Assembly: GCA_044892505.1 (NCBI GenBank) | Contig: CM097882.1 | Span: 419,926,001 to 419,990,000, forward strand | DNA length: 64,000 nt | From: Schmidtea nova | Lineage: Eukaryota | Reading direction: 5' to 3' | Shown: one piece after another, positions 30,801-44,793 of the stretch | Numbering within the stretch: the stretch's first letter is position 1 | How the letters are laid out: each line of letters begins with the position of its first letter | The notes under the pieces: model-generated | What the model saw: only the letters and a program-made list of their open reading frames with translations | What the model was told of the DNA's origin: nothing | The model's database searches: none | Position numbers and translations under genes: made by a program

Positions 30801-33750
30801 TTGGAAAAATGAAGGGTTACCCGATATCAAAATGAACCACAAAAACAAAAATCAATGTATACTTTCATTGATTTTGATTTATCCACAGTACAAATTTCTA
30901 GTCACAAATCAGATGCTAATTCACAACTATCACAAGCTAATAAGTAAGTCTCCGTATATCGTGGTACAACACCAGATGTGTATCTGACTGATTTTAACTT
31001 TGGTATTTATACCGGTTGAGATTTTTAACCAGCCAATCAAAGGGCTTCTGTTGGCAATTAATTGGTAAGGTTTAATTATTTATTATTTGTTTACCTTTTT
31101 AATTCCCATCAATTTAAGATTTTTGGAATTCCTTTCGCTGTTGGGTAAATTTGATTGCTAATAAATATTTATTTTATTTCTTGTTTCAGGTTACCTTATC
31201 TGGAATTCCTAAGCTGTTTGTTTGACTTATATTAAAAATATTTGATTTACATTATTTATTTATTTCAACCCTCAATTTGATGTCCTGGGTAATATTTATT
31301 TAATTTGTAATTTTATTTTTAAATGGATTTTTGGATAATTGAATTGTATTATTTTTAGTCATCCCGTCTACTCAATTTTCTGCGGTAAGTTTTCGTATAA
31401 TTTACTATTATTATACTTTTATTTACATTTATTTCTATAAATTTATTTTACTTTACAAATCTTCTTCTACTTACTGGGTGGTTTATTTTAACTTGTTATT
31501 TTAATATTTATTATTGTTTTTAATTATTTGTCTTTTAGGCTCCATTTGGCTGGCCTAATAAAAGCAAAAATTTAGAAATGAGGAAGAAATAACAAAATAA
31601 AAGAAATTAAACAATAGAGCAGAGAAAGGTCACTTAAGAGTGCAAGAAAACAAAATGGAATTCCAAAATTTGGAAAACAAAATCGGCATCTCAACAGCTG
31701 TCAGAAGTAACATAGGAACTAAGGAAAAAATATGCAAAATGTCAGCAGCAGAAATGAAAAAAATAAATTACCTCGAGTCCCAAACGGTCATTGGTAACAC
31801 GAGAGTTGAATAAAGAAAAGGAAAAATGCCAGAGGCAGGAATGGGAAAAACGAATTATTATGAGTGCCGGACAATGGCGAACTTTAAAAGCGAAAAAATA
31901 TCTTAATTAAATCAGAAGTGAAGTGGTGTTAAAAATTGGATTAGGAAAGTTGCGCGATATTTGAAAGCAGTAGAAGATTTAAATTGAATAATTTCGTGAT
32001 ATTGTAGAGAAACGATATCGAGATAATTTTATTGAACTGTGTGACGAAATTTGGATTGAATAAAAAAATCAGAGTATATTTAATAAAGTCAAGTCAAAGC
32101 ACAAGGAAAATCGAAACCAATTTACCCAATTGTTGAGTCAAATCGGTGGCTAGTGATTATTAGAGTATTTGGGAATTATACACTTGAAGTTATTCCTCAC
32201 GAAGCGTTGTAATAAGTTCCGGAAAATTGCCTAGTTGAGTGTTGAATCGATCCAGTTATTATAATTCGTGTAATCAACTGTGCTAATCAATAAAGGTTTA
32301 TATTGTCTGAGAATTGTTATTTTGTGGATCAAATAAAGCACGCTTTGGAGTCAGAAATTTGATTGGTAACTTTTACATTTCACAAACAAGCCAACAACCC
32401 AACAATACCCACCTGCCCACTAACCTGATCTGTCATTTTTTATTCACTCTGCAACATAAATTATTTTGAAAAAACGATCTTTTATTAAAAATATTTAATC
32501 CCGTACTTATTAGTCTGTAAAATTTGTAGATCAGTCATATTATATACAGGGCTGCTGGTAGTAAAAAGGTATTGTTGTTAAAAAATGGATGAATCAAAAA
32601 AATTTTGAAATTAAAAAATTACACTTTAGGGGACAACAAATATAGAATAAACATCAACATATACAGGAATGATGCAAACAATCCAGTCTACCTATCAACA
32701 ACTATTCAATAACAATTTGTGATGTCGATTATTTCAATCATTTTAACAATTTATATGATATCTGATGGATTCTATTAATTTATTTATCGATTGAATTGAT
32801 TTTATTACCTTTAGTTGCTGTGATTGACTTTTGTGAAAATGACAATTTATATGTAATTCTGATCTGTATTTGATGGGCTTTATTATAATTTATCGATTTT
32901 AATGTATTGATTTTATTATTTTGTTTTTTAGATTTTACTAAACACATGTTAAACATGGCAGCGATGTAATTTTAAAAAATAAAATGTTATCCCGGGTCAG
33001 GACACCCATACACCCATATATATATTTCATTATTATTGTTACTACCACTTATTAACATTATTATTATTATTACTATTATTAAATGGTGATTCCTTGTAAG
33101 CAGCATTAAGTATTAAATAAATTAATAAAGTAACAAAATAAGCCTTTGCCGCAAAAATAATTTATCAGATTATCAGATTAACATCCAATGAAAAGGAAGA
33201 GAAATCAAGAAAAAAGAAACAACAGAATGAATGAAGATACCAGTTATTTGCCGAATTAGAGATTGACGAGGATTATTTGATAATCGAAAATTTTCTCACT
33301 TAATAAAATTATTTTTGCAGCAAAGGCTTATTTTGTTACTTATTTATTATTATTATTATGCACTTAAAGTGCAACTGGCATTTCGACGCCTAGCGTCAAC
33401 AATTCTTTGCACCTGTTGTTGCTTTAATTCTCTGCTTTTTATTGAGCAATACACACACATATATAATAGTTAATTAAAGCCCTCAAGGGGCTAAAATTAA
33501 TTTTTTTTGAATTGTTATTATTTTTAATTGACGCAAGGCGTGGTTTATAAGCATTTATCTTTGTATTTACTTATACTTTTATACTTTTGAGTTAATTCTA
33601 CATTTGAATTCATTTGAATGCTATTTCTGCTGTCTTGCAGATAATTCCAAAAAATTAACAAAAAGTCAAATAATAATAATTTATTTCTCTTCAAGCCAAT
33701 TACAAGAACAATTTGCTATAATAGATTATTGATCACCACCACCAAACGAT

Positions 33751-36700
33751 TCATCCATAAATGAAACGAGAAATTGATCCATTTCTAAATGTACATTTAT
33801 ATATTAAACGAAAATCGAGAAAATGAAAATTTGCACCATCATCAAAAAACTCAATTTCATTTTTATCTGGAACAATCGATGGAGCGATTTGTTGATAAAC
33901 AGGTTGATTAACAGACGCTCGGTTTGTCATGTCATTTAATACAGATTTGGGATCGAAAATAATTGGCGGAATTTCAGAGCACTCAATTATAATATCTTCT
34001 ATGTCTTTTATACAGATCAACGGGTGATTTCCCCAATCTTCATCTCCTGGAGAAATTATGTCTGCGATATTTGACTTGGTTACGTTGAAATAATATTTCT
34101 TTCCGGATGGAGAGAAAATTGATACCTGATTATTATGAATGTAATATAAAAATATTTCGATTTTCAAGCCAGTATTTTTTAGATGTTTTGAATAAAGATA
34201 ATTATCGTAATAATAGTGTTCTGAAATTGATAGTTTTAGAGAAAATGATACTTAACATATATTCCGTTGTTGACGTCATTTTTTAATGTATAAATATGTG
34301 TGTGTCCGACAATTTAATTTTTTTAAATTATTTTTTAATCATTTCAATTATCGTATATTTATATAAAGCACAAAAGTTATTCTTATATAATATTACCTAC
34401 ATATTATTTCTGTATGTGATAACTTTAATAAATATATGATAAATTTATGATAAATGTATTCTTATATAATATTACCTACATATTATTTCTGTATGTGATA
34501 ACTTTATAATAAATATATGATAAATTTATGATAAATGTATTCTTATATAATATTACTTACATATTATTTCTGTATGTGATAACTTTAATAAATATATGAT
34601 AAATTTATGATAAATGTATTCTTATATAATATTACCTACATATTATTTCTGTATGTGATAACTTTATAATAAATATATGATAAATTTATGATAAATGTAT
34701 TCTTATATAATATTACTTACATATTATTTCTGTATGTGATAACTTTAATAAATATATGATAAATTTATGATAAATGTATTCTTATATAATATTACCTACA
34801 TATTATTTCTGTATGTGATAACTTTATAATAAATGTATGATAAATTTATGATAAATGTATTCTTATATAATATTACTTACATATTATTTCTGTATGTGAT
34901 AACTTTAATAAATATATGATAAATTTATGATAAATGTATTCTTATATAATATTACTTACATATTATTTCTGTATGTGATAACTTTAATAAATATATGATA
35001 AATTTATGATAAATGTATTCTTATATAATATTACCTACATATTATTTCTGTATGTGATAACTTTAATAAATATATGATAAATTTATGATAAATGTATTCT
35101 TATATAATATTACTTACATATTATTTCTGTATGTGATAACTTTAATAAATATATGATAAATTTATGATAAATGTATTCTTATATAATATTACCTACATAT
35201 TATTTCTGTATGTGATAACTTTAATAAATATATGATAAATTTATGATAAACGTATTCTTATATAATATTACTTACATATTATTTCTGTATGTGATAACTT
35301 TAATAAATATATGATAAATTTATGATAAATGTATTCTTATATAATATTACTTACATATTATTTCTGTATGTGATAACTTTATAATAAATGTATGATAAAT
35401 TTATGATAAATGTATTCTTATATAATATTACTTACATATTATTTCTGTATGTGATAACTTTAATAAATATATGATAAATTTATGATAAATGTATTCTTAT
35501 ATAATATTACTTACATATTATTTCTGTATGTGATAACTTTATAATAAATGTATGATAAATTTATGATAAATGTATTCTTATATAATATTACCTACATATT
35601 ATTTCTGTATGTGATAACTTTATAATAAATGTATGATAAATTTATGATAAATGTATTCTTATATAATATTACTTACATATTATTTCTGTATGTGATAACT
35701 TTAATAAATATATGATAAATTTATGATAAATGTATTCTTATATAATATTACTTACATATTATTTCTGTATGTGATAACTTTAATAAATATATGATAAATT
35801 TATGATAAATGTATTCTTATATAATATTACTTACATATTATTTCTGTATGTGATAACTTTAATAAATATATGATAAATTTATGATAAATGTATTCTTATA
35901 TAATATTACTTACATATTATTTCTGTATGTGATAACTTTATAATAAATGTATGATAAATTTATGATAAATGTATTCTTATATAATATTACTTACATATTA
36001 TTTCTGTATGTGATAACTTTATAAACAAAATTATAATTTTTATCAAGAAAAAGTATTAGACCACTTTATGAAATATTAGATTTTAATAATTATAATACTT
36101 AATTTAATTAGGAAATTAAAAAATTCAAGTAAATATTAATAATATTTTTTTAAATATTGAATTTCCGTCATAAAAATATTTTTTTTCATTAAGTATAGTT
36201 AAAAAGGAAAATTAAATGAAACTACTAGAAAATAAAGATAATTATCGTAATAACAAAAGTGTTCTGAAATTGATAGTTTTTGAGAAAATGAAACCTAACA
36301 TATATTCCGTTGTTGACGTCATTTTTAATGTGTATACATGTGTGTGCGTCCGACAATTTATTTTTTTTAAATTATTTTTTAATCATTGCAATTATAGTAT
36401 ATTTATATAAAAGCACAAAAGGTATTCTTATATAATATTACTTACATATTGTTTCTGTATGTGATAACTTTATAAACAAAATTATAATTTTTATCAAGAA
36501 AAAGTATTCGACCACTTTATGAAATATTAGATTTTACTGATTATAATACTTAATTTAATTAAGAAATTAAAATATTCAGGTAAATATTAATAATATTTTT
36601 TTTAAAAATTGAATTTCCGTCATAAAATATTTTTTTTCATTTAGGTATAGTTAAAAAGGAGAATTAAATGAAACTACTAGAAAAGTTATTGAAGTTCTTT

Positions 36701-39700
36701 CAAGTGTGGGAAAATCTGAAAGATAAATCTCTATTCTACTATAAATATGATACATTAGGATGATTGAAAATTCATATTACTACGAATAAGTAGATGAATG
36801 TATTTTGAATATGAATTTACACTAAATTTCGAGTAAAGGTGAAAATTATCGAATATTTATTATCATAAAATATTAAAATATTATTAAATTTTTAAAAACA
36901 GTTTGAGAAGACGAATTTAGTAGTTTTCACCAAAATCAGTTCAAAAAAGACAAAATGAATATGGTTTATATGGTAGATCGGCGGTTCTTAAACTTTTACT
37001 TCATGGACCACGGATTAAAAATTCTGAAATCTACGGACCACCGAATAAAGTTTCGATTTAACAAAAATTCAAATATTTTTTTGTTTCAATATAACAAAAA
37101 TTTAATTTATATAAATTTAATTTCCACTTCATGGTATTAGTTTTAAATATATATTAATTTGAACTAAATATAGTTTCACATTTCTAGAATTATAATTAAT
37201 AATATGATTATAATATTAATATAGTTATTTAATGAGAGGGACGATGCTACATTTCTGATGTCAATTAGAAGTTCTGTTTCTACATTTATTAATCTATTCC
37301 TATAATTTTTTAAATATACTACTCCTGAAAATTCTTTTTCACATAAATATGTAGTAGAAAATGGCATTAAAATTTGTAATGCGATTTTTGATAAATCAGG
37401 ATGATCTCTACGTAACGAAAGCCAAAAATTGGCAGTAGTATTTTCCTTATATTTAATTTTCAATGAATTATCAGTGGAAATGTCTATTATTCAGTTTTCT
37501 TGAACTGATTTTAAACCAGATATTTTATCAATGTTGATGAAAAATGTATATTTAATTCAAAATTACGTGTCATCTGGAGTTGTAAAATATTCACGAAAAG
37601 TCCATTCCATATCCTTCAGATGTTGGATGAAATAATTTAATATTTCATCTGATGAATTTCCATTGAAGGTATTAAGGAAAGTTTTAAATATTCAAAAGCA
37701 TCAAAGTTTCGTTGTGATAAACGTGTTTCTCATAATTTTAGTTTCAGAACCATTGCCTCAATTTTATCTTCAACATGAAATAACGTGACATCAAATCCTT
37801 GCAAACTCAGATTAAGTAAGTTTAAATATGTGAATATACCTGTCAAAATGGCTAAAATGGCTAACCACGAATAGTTACATAAATTTTTAGCAATTGGAAA
37901 TGGTGATGTCATGTTAATAAAATATAGCTTGACTTCATCCCTTAGTTCAAAAAGTCTAGATAGAACTTTTCTCGAGAGAGCCAGCACACTCAGGAGACTC
38001 AGTGTTTATAAAATAACACGTGTTGTCAAAAAATGCTGAATGACAGGTCGAGATGTTCTCAAAACTAAGGACAATGACAAACTTTTCTTTAGAAAATTGA
38101 AATATTTACTTTATAATTTTAATAACCTTTGTATTTAAACTATCTAAATCAAAAAACCTACATATCTTAAATAGGATTTAGTGTATTTGATCAAAGTAAC
38201 AATTTCACAATAAAATTAAATGAGAAATAAAAAACTTACCCTTTTTAAAATTAAAACAGATCCGGTTTTCAGTTTTTCATTGTAAGTTTCAAGAACTTGT
38301 CTGTGAATAGCACATCGTATTGAGCCTGAAAGTTTAAGATTATTGATCAATTTTAATGTGTGATTATGTGTGATCTGGTGTATGTGTGATAATATGAAAG
38401 AATTTTTATCTTTGGATTGCTGGTTATTGTTGCGTGTGTGGTTGTGGGTTTTCTTTTGTGTGTATGTGCCTTTTTGATTTTGGGTAACTAATATAATATA
38501 CAAAAGGCAACAAATGTAGTTTTAAGGAAAGTTTTAGAATGTTATGATTTTGTTAGTTTATTGTTAATGGTTTAAACGCCATAATGATGCGAGTAATGAA
38601 CTAGTATACATAATGAAAAAATATGAAATATTGTATTGTTATTTTCATTTAATTTAAGTTAATAAAGTAGTCAATTGAAATAGGTAATCTAGCTCAAATT
38701 AATAGATTTTACACCAAGTTTATAATAAAATTATATAATTTTGTTGGGTATTTGTTAATTTAGTCGGTAATGTTTATATGACTCCTTAAGATTGATTCAA
38801 GAAAATAACCTAATACAGAAAAATTTATTCTAAACTAGAATCTTTGATACAATTTCTGTAAATCTCTGTTATAAAAATTCACAATAACTTTATGAAGTAC
38901 TTTTTTCCAATTAAGCGCAGGGATAAGTCTTTCAATCTTTATTTCTAAATTTTTTAATTAATTTCCATGCCTATTATTACTTGTAAAATTTTATTATTTT
39001 TATTCATTTTTACTAACTTTATGGTTTTTATTTTTATAATTGACTAATTTTATTAAACTCCAACATATCTCTGCCTTTAATTTAGATTCGTTCNNNNNNN
39101 NNNNNNNNNNNNNNNNNNNNNNNNNNNNNNNNNNNNNNNNNNNNNNNNNNNNNNNNNNNNNNNNNNNNNNNNNNNNNNNNNNNNNNNNNNNNNNNNNNNN
39201 NNNNNNNNNNNNNNNNNNNNNNNNNNNNNNNNNNNNNNNNNNNTAATAATAACTATAATAATAACTANNNNNNNNNNNNNNNNNNNNNNNNNNNNNNNNN
39301 NNNNNNNNNNNNNNNNNNNNNNNNNNNNNNNNNNNNNNNNNNNNNNNNNNNNNNNNNNNNNNNNNNNNNNNNNNNNNNNNNNNNNNNNNNNNNNNNNNNN
39401 NNNNNNNNNNNNNNNNNNNAGAATTATAATATACAAAAAACTATCGATCCATTCAGATTTTAAAAAATTCTTTAAAATTTAATTTTCATAATATCAAATA
39501 ACGAAATTTGTTTTGAAATTTATTATCTCATTTTACCGAAATTTCTTTCATAAATAAATTATAGGCTCAAAAGATGATTTGCAAAAACTAATTATGCATA
39601 TTAGAAAAAAACTGCTCTTTGCACAGGCGGCAATGTTGATTTGTTGTCTAATTAAATTACCAAATAAATAAATATATTAATAAATAAATACAAATAAATA

Positions 39701-41856
39701 AATATTTTAAAACACAATGGAGAAAATATTAATAAGTGAAAAAATGCCAATTTATTTTATGTCATTAATTTTTCTTTTAGATAGTTAATATTTTTAGGAA
39801 CAACTACTAAAATATCAATTTTTTGTTATAATATTTCTACTTTGGAATTATATCGGATTATGATTAGCAGCATTTTATTTTTCTGTTGATCAAAAGCATC
39901 TGAATTATTTTATTACTTACTTGTTCTCAAATTGGATCTCACTGATGATGGAATACGAATTATTTGCATTGGTTTATCGATAATTCGTGTTGTTTGAATA
40001 AGTTTAAAATTGTAGCTTTAAGAAATTCTTGCTAAACATGTCCTGATTTTCTATGAAGCGAAGAACGAACATAAAGGAGGGTTGGATTTTGCGACGGAAA
40101 AATAACCCATTTTCGGTGATAGGATCGAGTTGAAATTTGGCAAGTAGATTCGACGTCAAGAACACTGCATGCTATCAAAATTTCAGATTAATCCGATCAC
40201 GGAAAGTGGGTTAATTTTAAAAATAATGATATGTCAAATCTAGTGTTATTTCCTTATTACAATTAGTCGCGCCCGCTTTGTAAAAATATTTTAAAAAATA
40301 ATAAAATAAAAATTAAATAGTTAAAACCAAGGCTTGGTTGCTGAGAGAGATCATGGAGCGAGCCGGAAGCCGTTAGACGGTCTTATCGAAATATATATAA
40401 ATCTTATATGGAAACGAACATTTCAAAAGTGGCAATTTTATAAATTTATTGATATTTCTATGATATTACAATCAAATGCCAACGATGGTTTATTAAAGTA
40501 TGTGTCTAATGTCAATGAAGTGTTCAACATTCTATTTTGGAGCTGTTCAGAATGATATTTTGTATGATCTTTGGAATTGTCGTATTTGTGCAATTATCAG
40601 AAATCAAGCAGAGAATGACAGAACAAGAACAGGCAAATTTCATGGAGTCTGTGTACGAGATAGTTGATTGTGAGGATTTCTTAGCGTGCGCACACAGACG
40701 CGAGTGGTTCAATTTTGCTGAGAAAATAAATCGATGAATACATTTGGATTTATTAAAAAACTTTAAGACTTATTTTAGTCTTGTTTTTTTACTGGATTAC
40801 TTAGGTTTTGTTTTGTTTTACTGGGCTATTTTAGTTTATGTTTCCGTGTGGAATTTAAAAAGGTGATTAGTAATTTTGTGAACTTGGGGTTTTTGGATTA
40901 TAATTTGATGAAGTGTGAATTTGGGCGGAATTAAATTGGATGAGATTTTAAAAAGGTCTTTCTGCCAGTTTTTGTTATCAGTGCCTTTGTAATTTTGGAA
41001 TATTGCCGTGTTGGATTTAAAAACGGCTTTGTAGGTTTTTATGAATTTGGAATTATTATTGGAAAATAAAATTGGATTGGATTTTTTTCCTTGTTGTTGA
41101 CGTAGGTATTTTTTAAAGTAAACATATCACAGCGCACAATGATAAAGCCTTTGGAATTGGCCAACTTTCTCGGTCATGATGTGAGAAAATCGACAGCCTC
41201 GGCTTGCGGGGATTTGAATCGTTTGATGAGCGCTGCAAAGAGTGAATGGACGATATTTTTGTTATTCCCTGGTCAATCGTATGCTGAATTGAGCAAATTA
41301 GGCTGGAATATGGTTCGATGTCTACGTTTGCAATTCCTCGAGGGCAGGCTGGACCGAACAAAAATATTAATTCTTATCTATTCATTAACTTCGGATTAAA
41401 GAGATAACGCAATTATATCTAAATATGTCATATAAGTCTGAATAAATATTTCATAGCATTGAGAGCGCATATTGAAATTTCAGTTTTGATAAAAATTACG
41501 AGAGTGAAATATAGAGGGAGTTTTAAAAACTCTGTTTTTACGGTTTAATTATTAATTATCAAGTCAAAGTGGGAAACTAAAATTAATAATTGTATTAATT
41601 TAAGAATGTTTCAATAGAAAGATTATTTTAGAGTTAATAGTTAAAGAAACTTTGCGTAATCAAATCATGTTTATAATTAAACAAAAATTATTAATGATTA
41701 CTAAAAAAACTGTCGAAATCATAGTACGAAGTAGAAAATAATACCCGTTTCATCAGAGAGTATCGCAGCAGCGTCCATTGGCATATATTCAATTTCGGTT
41801 AGAACGAGACAAATTATTGGTATTTTAGAATTTGGTAAACCATTTGGTTGTTTAAT
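33751..41856 (-). CDS. HROB: HROB/MCM8IP (C17orf53)-like OB-fold protein; three identified exons at 41856-41745, 38325-38240 and 34125-33751
   Basis: The spliced frame reads KIPIICLVLTEIEYMPMDAAAILSDET|GSIRCAIHRQVLETYNEKLKTGSVLILKR|VSIFSPSGKKYYFNVTKSNIADIISP. This matches the remembered HROB OB-domain (MDASVVFKDPTG...VHR.LLE...LKPGSVLLLK...VFSPS...YLNVT). Introns are GT-AG with compatible phases (1, then 0). The 5' and 3' gene ends were not determined. Confidence 0.85.
34380..36022. repeat. Satellite of about 20 copies of a 79/81-bp monomer
   Basis: ATTCTTATATAATATTAC(C/T)TACATATTATTTCTGTATGTGATAACTTT(AT)AATAAAT(A/G)TATGATAAATTTATGATAAATGT is repeated in tandem. Confidence 0.97.
36979..38030 (-). 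mobile_element. hAT (Buster/ZBED5-like) transposase remnant
   Basis: LSRKVLSRLFELRDEV...LNLSLQG and FWLSLRRDHPDLSKIALQILMPFSTTYLCEKEFS...KNYRNRL; TIR-like CGGCGGTTCTTAAAC at 36979. Confidence 0.85.
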
Positions 41857-42064
41857 CTAAATGAACTCATAAATTTTAAATGAGTAGAAATGTGTTTTAA
41901 AAAAAGTTTTAAAAAATTCTCAAAGTTAAGTGACAGAATTGATATGCATTTCCAAAAAAAATAAAAACGATAAAGGGGTTAATGGAGTATGACTTGTGAA
42001 TTAAATTTTTTTGTGAATTAAAACTTTGTTGAAGGTCAAATAAAAGAAATTGTATAATTAAAAA

Positions 42065-42068
<4 letters not shown>

Positions 42069-42115
<47 letters not shown>
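42069..42115. repeat. (TA)n microsatellite abutting the transposon TIR
   Basis: Read directly. Confidence 0.95.
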
Positions 42116-42118
<3 letters not shown>

Positions 42119-43307
42119 GGTGGTCCAAAAGTAGGTATACAGTAATTAATATTACAGTAATATTACAGTATACAGTAATTAATATTACAGGTTTGGTATT
42201 ATCTTTAAATGAAATTGTTTATTTGTATAATTTAATTCAGATAATCATGGCTGGTAATTTAAATATTGACCAACGTAAATGGGTAATCAAACAATATTGG
42301 AGAACAACTAACGCTGCAATGGTGATACGGAAATGGACGGAAGAATTTGAAACGCCGCCACCATCCAGACTTACAATCTACAGATTGCGAGACAAATTTG
42401 ATACAACAGGATCAATCTGTAACGCACCAAAGATTGGTCGACCGAGAACTGTTGTAACACTAGGAAATGAAAAGATTGTCTCGACCGCATTTAAGCGAAG
42501 CCCGAAAAAATCAAAACACAGAGCTTCCATTGAATTAGGTATTCCCCGCACATCTTTGAGTCGTATGATGAAAACTTTGGGCTTGAAAATGTATCACCCA
42601 AGATTAATCCACGGATTATTAGAAGATGATCCGGATCACCGGTTACAATTCTGCGAGAAAATTTTGAACGAAGAAGAGCAACAAAATGCTATCATAGAAA
42701 AAATTTGTTGGCAAATTTTAAGCTTTCAGGCGCTGTTAATAGGCATAACTGTGTCTATTATACCACGGAAAATCCGCATATCACAAATGAAGAACAGTTA
42801 AATCAACCTGGGGTTACAGTTTGGGCAAGCATTTCATGCAAAGGGGTTATTGGACCTTTCTTTTTCCATACAACTGTGACACATGGCCTGTATCTAAATC
42901 TCTTGAGAGATACTGTCATCCCACAAATACTGCAGATGTTTGATAATGAAGAATTCTATTTTCAGCAGGATGGAGCTCCTCCTCACTATGCAACAGCAGT
43001 GCGTCAATTTCTTGACGAAGAATTGCCTCATAGATGGATAGGTCGACGAGGGTCAATTGAATGGCCACCGATGTCACCTGATCTCACTCCAATGGATTTC
43101 TTCTTTTGGGGTATTATCAAAAATAAAGTTTTTTCAAAAGAGTCACGCACCATTGATGACATGACTAAATTTATAAAAAAGGCATGCAAAGAAATAGACA
43201 ATAATGAAGAACTCTGTGCAAAGGTTTGTCTCAGTGTGAAGAAAAGGCTACAAGAATGTATCTGTGCTGAAGGCAAACAATTTGAACACATCAGAAACTG
43301 TATATAA
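42116..43307 (+). mobile_element. Tc1/mariner-superfamily rosa-type (DD41D) transposon, frameshifted
   Basis: Left end CAGGGTGGTCCAAAAGTAGG follows TA; HTH N-terminus; QQDGAPPH...WIGRRG..EWPPMSPDLTPMD has 41 residues between the 2nd and 3rd Asp; frameshift at about 42705-42712. Confidence 0.9.
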
Positions 43308-44100
43308 TTTGACTTTATTGTTTAGTTTTTCATGGTTTCATAATAAATCCTTCAAAAAGTGACTTTAAAAAGCTANNNNNNNNNNNNNNNNNNNNNNNNN
43401 NNNNNNNNNNNNNNNNNNNNNNNNNNNNNNNNNNNNNNNNNNNNNNNNNNNNNNNNNNNNNNNNNNNNNNNNNNNNNNNNNNNNNNNNNNNNNNNNNNNN
43501 NNNNNNNNNNNNNNNNNNNNNNNNNNNNNNNNACATATTACCAATAAATAATTTATTATATTTATTATTTAAGTTTATTAGTATGAAACAAGTACCAGTT
43601 AAATATGTTATTGTTATTAATTATTGACTTCCTTGAGCCTGTTTCTCATTGCAACGACCGATCACGTATTGCAGCGGTGCGGTAACATCTGTCAAACGTT
43701 TATGATTCTAACCGCCAAGCGGCGCTAGTTGCCCACATACTGCACACACATACAATGACAACCTCCCGAAACTCATATGCATTCGGAATTAGCAGACGGG
43801 ACAATACCCCAACCTCCCACTACTTGTGTTAGGCCTGTGTTTTAGTAGGCGTTGGTATAAAGACTAGGGATAGACGTATACATTACTGTGCATTTATAGC
43901 AAACAGTCGCATTTTACCAATAAAATTAAATGTACGAATATCGGACCGTTTTCATTATGACACTATAATTTTCGATAGATCAAAAATGGGGTGGGCGCGA
44001 GAATATTTACGTTGGTAAACTGGATCGCAATAACAGAAAGGTTGAGAAGCGCTGCTTTAAACCATCAAAAATTTTGAGTAACAATATAACATACGCTTAT

Positions 44101-44630
44101 GTGGTGCGTTCAATAAGTACCGGGACTAGATGCTAAATGAAATCAACATGAACAGTATATTTTAACATAAGAAAAACAAGGATATGTAGGCTTGATTTTT
44201 CAATATAAGACCCCTTGTAGTTTACAGACTTCCACCAGCAATGCATTTTTAAAGAAAAATTGGGCTTTGATCTTTCAAGAAAAGTTCAACGTTGAAAATC
44301 TGCAGCATTTTGGTAACTTTTTCTCCCAAATGTATCTTTATATGCCTGAATAGATAAAAGTCGATGGGTGCAAGATCGGGAAATGTAGGAAGGATGATCT
44401 AAGAGAAAAAATCTATTTTACTCAATAACTGCATTTGTTTTCGCACTTTTGTAGATTGGAGGATTTATAGTGGGAAACCATGTGGTTATGATTCCAAGTG
44501 TCCACGAGGTTACTGTAGTAGGTGGAATTAATTAGCATACCATTTTCAGCGAAATCCGTATAGATTGTCATTTTGATCCCAAAAAATTATCAACATCAAG
44601 GATTTTCGATGATATTCCAGATCTCAAATT
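44101..44630 (-). mobile_element. Mariner transposase 3' remnant with TIR
   Basis: Minus strand gives PDLAPIDFYLFRHIK; GGTGCGTTCAATAAGT is TIR-like at about 44103. Confidence 0.7.
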
Positions 44631-44793
44631 ACTGGAACTCAAAAGACTAAATTACTTTCATTATTTTAAAATTAATTACTTTATTTTTTCGTGATCCTAA
44701 ATTTGTCTTTTTATTTTAAAAAATTCATTTGCTAGTAATTTAATTATTAGGATTTTGGTTTTGTGTAAATATCCATATTTTTATACACAATTC

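Noticed and set aside
33751-34167. Cytosolic carboxypeptidase similarity for the 138-aa ORF
   Set aside because: It is better explained as an HROB exon with a matching splice phase.
40334-41399. HEAT-repeat (PP4R1/PP2A-A-like) pseudogene suggested by DVRKSTASACGDL and DLWNCRICA
   Set aside because: Only two short, weak matches in different frames, inside an HROB intron; a 14-nt match to 45731 is not enough to call homology.
43630-44054. hAT-type MITE ending in GGTTGAGAAGCGCTG
   Set aside because: Only one convincing TIR; no left TIR or TSD could be confirmed.
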